Below are positions 61,671 to 64,000 of a stretch of DNA of 64,000 nucleotides, piece after piece (within the stretch, counting starts at the first letter, position 1; each line of letters begins with the position of its first letter). The translations under genes were made by a program, and so were the position numbers. Origin of the DNA: Polaribacter sp. GTDB lineage: Bacteria > Pseudomonadota > Gammaproteobacteria > Enterobacterales > Kangiellaceae. The stretch is taken from assembly GCA_047633355.1 (NCBI GenBank), contig JBLIBL010000003.1:13186-77185 (forward strand), written 5' to 3'. Below the pieces are notes generated by a model, which searched no databases, was not told the DNA's origin, and saw nothing but the letters and a program-made list of their open reading frames with translations.

Positions 61671-61702
61671 ATAAGTGAGAAAAATAATAAGTGACAGTCA
61701 CT
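61663..61702. repeat. Tandem 16-bp duplication ending in a REP-like palindrome (unoccupied IS target look-alike)
   Basis: AAAAATAATAAGTGA occurs at 61663-61677 and 61679-61693. Palindrome AAGTGAC-A-GTCACTT lies at 61688-61702 and is followed by a T-run. Confidence 0.8.
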
Positions 61703-61883
61703 TTTTGGTTTCTTTTTTGAAATACAAAAAATAATGAGTAGAAAATAAAATAGATTTTAAATTTTAAGATGTTATTTTCTAATAAAATGTTTCAAATTGG
61801 ATTTGCCGTCGATATTTCAAATTTTAGACAGCCGGATATCTCTCATTTTTCGAGATTATGAATTGATTGGTGGGTGATTGAGG

Positions 61884-62168
61884 TTAATCGTCAGACTGAT
61901 ATAAATCTTGGCTTGAGTTTAATCCTTTTAGCCATTTTTTACCTAGCACTTTAGTTTTTTCTTTAATTTTTTCAATACTTCCTACAAATCGATAGTAACT
62001 CGTTTCATAGTTTTGAACTTGCGCTATCCAGTTTGCTTGTTTAAAGTTAAGTTGCTCTAGGGTATGGCTAATGTGCGTTGGAATAGCGCCTTTTGCGGGA
62101 GAGATAATCATCTTTCCCGTCCACTTAACCAGTTCAATATAGTCCTTTAAACGTGTCTATATAGTGAC
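61884..62168 (-). pseudogene. 3' part of a Y1/HUH transposase-like gene, cut by the IS
   Basis: The minus strand reads VTI-TAG-TRLKDYIELVKWTGKMIISPAKGAIPTHISHTLEQLNFKQANWIAQVQNYETSYYRFVGSIEKIKEKTKVLGKKWLKGL. Confidence 0.5.
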
Positions 62169-62257
62169 TGATGAGATGGACACCTCCCCCAACAAACGGC
62201 GTCAAAATGCGCCATACTTGTAAGTGATATCCAAACAAGTAAAAGGAGGAGATATCC

Positions 62258-63277
62258 ATGAACGATATTAAACTAATGGCTATTGATTTAGCAAAAAATG
62301 TTTTTCAGATTTGTGCTCTTGATAAACACAACAAAGTTATTTTTAATAAAAAATTGAGGCGAAGTAAGTTGGCTGAATTTATGTCAAAACAAAAACCCTC
62401 TCCCATTTATATGGAAGCTTGTTATTCATCCAATTATTGGGCGAGGCGATTTGCACAAATGGAACATAAACCTTATTTGATCCCCGCACAACATGTTACC
62501 CCTTTTGTTCGAGGAAATAAGAATGATCATAACGATGCATTAGCTATCGCTGAATGTTCTCGTCGACCAAATTTGAGGTTTGTACCAATTAAATCCGAAC
62601 AGCAGCAAGAAATTATCGCACTTCATCGTATTCGGCGAAGGTTAGTTAAGAACAGAACTCAGATCATTAATCAAGTTCGCGGCCTCCTAGCTGATTTTGG
62701 CATCATTTTTCCTCTGGGCTATAAAGCGTTCAACAAAACGATGAGCGAAGTAGAAGCCAATGGAAAATTATCTTTTGATTTTTATCAGAATATAATGTTA
62801 CTTAAAAAAGAATATGAATTCATTTCGGAGCATATTATGCAATTGGAAGAATCATTAAAAAGTTACTTTGAATCAAATCCAAACTGTCGTTTGGTTCATT
62901 CTATTCCTGGATTTGGTCTTATTACAACGACTCTATTAGTCGCTATGATTGACAAAGGGCAAGCTTTCAAATGTGCATCGGATATCGCAGTTTGGGTTGG
63001 TATAACACCAAAACAATACGCAAGTGGTGATAAATCAAGAATGACGGGGATCACAAAACGAGGCGATCGTTATCTGCGAACGCTTTTGGTGCAAGGCGCA
63101 CACACAGCTATAAATTGGGCGAATAAAAGAGATGATCGACACAGTCTGTGGATCAAACAACTCGTTTTAAGAATTGGCAGAAAGAAAGCTGCGGTAGCAA
63201 TTGCACATAAAATGATAAAGCTTGCATGGGTATTATTACAAAAACAAAAGGTTTTTATGGTTAGAACTTACCACTAA
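62258..63277 (+). CDS. IS110-family DEDD transposase/recombinase
   Basis: 339 aa with N-terminal RuvC-like residues (AIDLAK, MEACYSS, NDHNDALAI) and the C-terminal GITPKQYASGDKSRMTGITKRGDRYLRTLLV block. A GGAGGAG Shine-Dalgarno sequence lies upstream. Confidence 0.9.
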   Translation: MNDIKLMAIDLAKNVFQICALDKHNKVIFNKKLRRSKLAEFMSKQKPSPIYMEACYSSNYWARRFAQMEHKPYLIPAQHVTPFVRGNKNDHNDALAIAECSRRPNLRFVPIKSEQQQEIIALHRIRRRLVKNRTQIINQVRGLLADFGIIFPLGYKAFNKTMSEVEANGKLSFDFYQNIMLLKKEYEFISEHIMQLEESLKSYFESNPNCRLVHSIPGFGLITTTLLVAMIDKGQAFKCASDIAVWVGITPKQYASGDKSRMTGITKRGDRYLRTLLVQGAHTAINWANKRDDRHSLWIKQLVLRIGRKKAAVAIAHKMIKLAWVLLQKQKVFMVRTYH

Positions 63278-63592
63278 AATTTCGTCCCTCGTTGTTGTGC
63301 AAAGAAAGATGAGACAAACGGTTTACCCGACCCATTCTAAACTCGTTAATGACAAGGCACTTGATGCCGTGTGACTGTTTTGAGAGAGTGGGTGCGGATA
63401 TCATCTGGAGCCTAAACCGCGAAAGGTTTAATTTAAGAGCTCGTATATATGTCAGCACAACTTTTTTAGTTTGTAATAAACCAGCTTATTTGAATTGCTA
63501 AACAGAACAGGGTGAAAACTGAATTAGAGAAATGGCCAAAGATTTTGGTTAGTGCTTAGCTTTGCCTTGACTTATTGGAGGTGTCCATATAT
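63278..63592 (+). ncRNA. Candidate IS-encoded structured guide (bridge-type) RNA region
   Basis: 315 bp of non-coding right end. Contains a local stem TAAACC-GCGAA-AGGTTTA, GTGACTGT (63371-63378) matching the target palindrome core, and ATATATGTCA (63445-63454) matching the right junction. Boundaries and strand are not established. Confidence 0.3.
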
Positions 63593-64000
63593 GTCACTTA
63601 TTATTGTCCCTAATACAGTAACAGCCTTAGAGGGTGATTTCTCGGCAGGTGACTCCTGCAACATTGCAGACGGTTTAAAATAGTTGTTTGAGGGTTCTAA
63701 AGCGCGCATAGCAGCCGTTCGGTTAATAATAACTTATCTAGTTGTTGATAAATACACCATATATCAGTAGATTGCCCTATCTAGAACCAATGCAGTACAA
63801 ATTAATAATGATAAGTCAGTAATCTATTTTGAGATAACTATTGATAATGGCAACCTGGATGAATGACGGAAACAGATATCACATTCACCTTTTTTCTTAT
63901 CGCTACACCAGCACCCAATATTAATCGAACGATTTGAGGCCGAAATCGTACGCCAACTAAAGCGACTTGAATATTAACAAGCAACTGAGTAGTGAGCGTC
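63593..64000 (-). pseudogene. 5'-proximal part of the IS-interrupted Y1/HUH transposase-like gene (runs off the window)
   Basis: Minus-strand frames give ...RLILGAGVAIRKKVNVISVSVIHPGCHYQ* (position of the HUH-like block) and ...AVTVLGTIISD up to the IS. Multiple stops and frame changes are present. Confidence 0.35.

Larger units (their letters stand above)
62169..63592 (+). mobile_element. IS110-family insertion sequence, IS1111-like subgroup (~1.42 kb)
   Basis: DEDD-type transposase. 12-bp subterminal inverted repeats ATGGACACCTCC (62176-62187) and GGAGGTGTCCAT (63577-63588). The flanks AGTGAC| and |GTCACT reconstitute a palindrome. The 5' non-coding arm is short (89 bp) and the 3' arm is long (315 bp). 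Confidence 0.8.

Noticed and set aside
63261-63458. 65-aa minus-strand ORF inside the IS right arm
   Set aside because: It overlaps the transposase stop and lies in the region more plausibly acting as structured non-coding RNA or the IS end. It has no ribosome-binding site.

Overview
AT-rich gammaproteobacterial chromosome segment. By gene order it looks Alteromonadales-like and marine, but this is an inference and no database search was possible. Most of the window is conserved housekeeping synteny. This includes tusA-rhlB / trxA-rho-ubiD-fre-coq7, a cpxRA/cpxP-type envelope-stress module, and yigI-rarD. It also includes scattered arginine genes (argB, argC, astE), hemE, and the classic pilMNOPQ-aroK-aroB-damX block divergent from mrcA (PBP1A). 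Further on come nadK, hrcA and grpE-dnaK-dnaJ with clear sigma32-type promoters, a large DUF349-like protein, and a run of peptidase/hydrolase genes.

I did not find a clear multi-gene novel system such as a defence island, CRISPR array or prophage. The most unusual content is listed below.

- The right-hand 6 kb (58.1-64.0 kb) is a decaying accessory patch. An IS1111-type IS110-family element sits exactly in the centre of an AGTGAC/GTCACT palindrome. An unoccupied twin site lies about 470 bp away, and the element has a 315-bp 3' non-coding arm that could encode a bridge-type guide RNA. The patch also holds two inverted, decayed Y1/HUH-transposase-like gene remnants, a degraded TetR-SDR cassette, and a 5' stub of an M24 peptidase paralog.
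- A pseudogenised substrate-binding-protein plus HAMP-GGDEF module is wedged between hrcA and grpE. It carries in-frame TAG codons and a homopolymer frameshift.
- Five exactly phased 15-bp GATAAAC repeats lie between the pilQ terminator and aroK.
- Tandem 16-bp repeats lie upstream of fre.
- Several truncated or frameshifted genes are present. Many breaks sit at A7/T7 or G5 runs, so sequencing error cannot be excluded.

All family assignments rest on motif and sequence recall from the supplied translations, not on searches.
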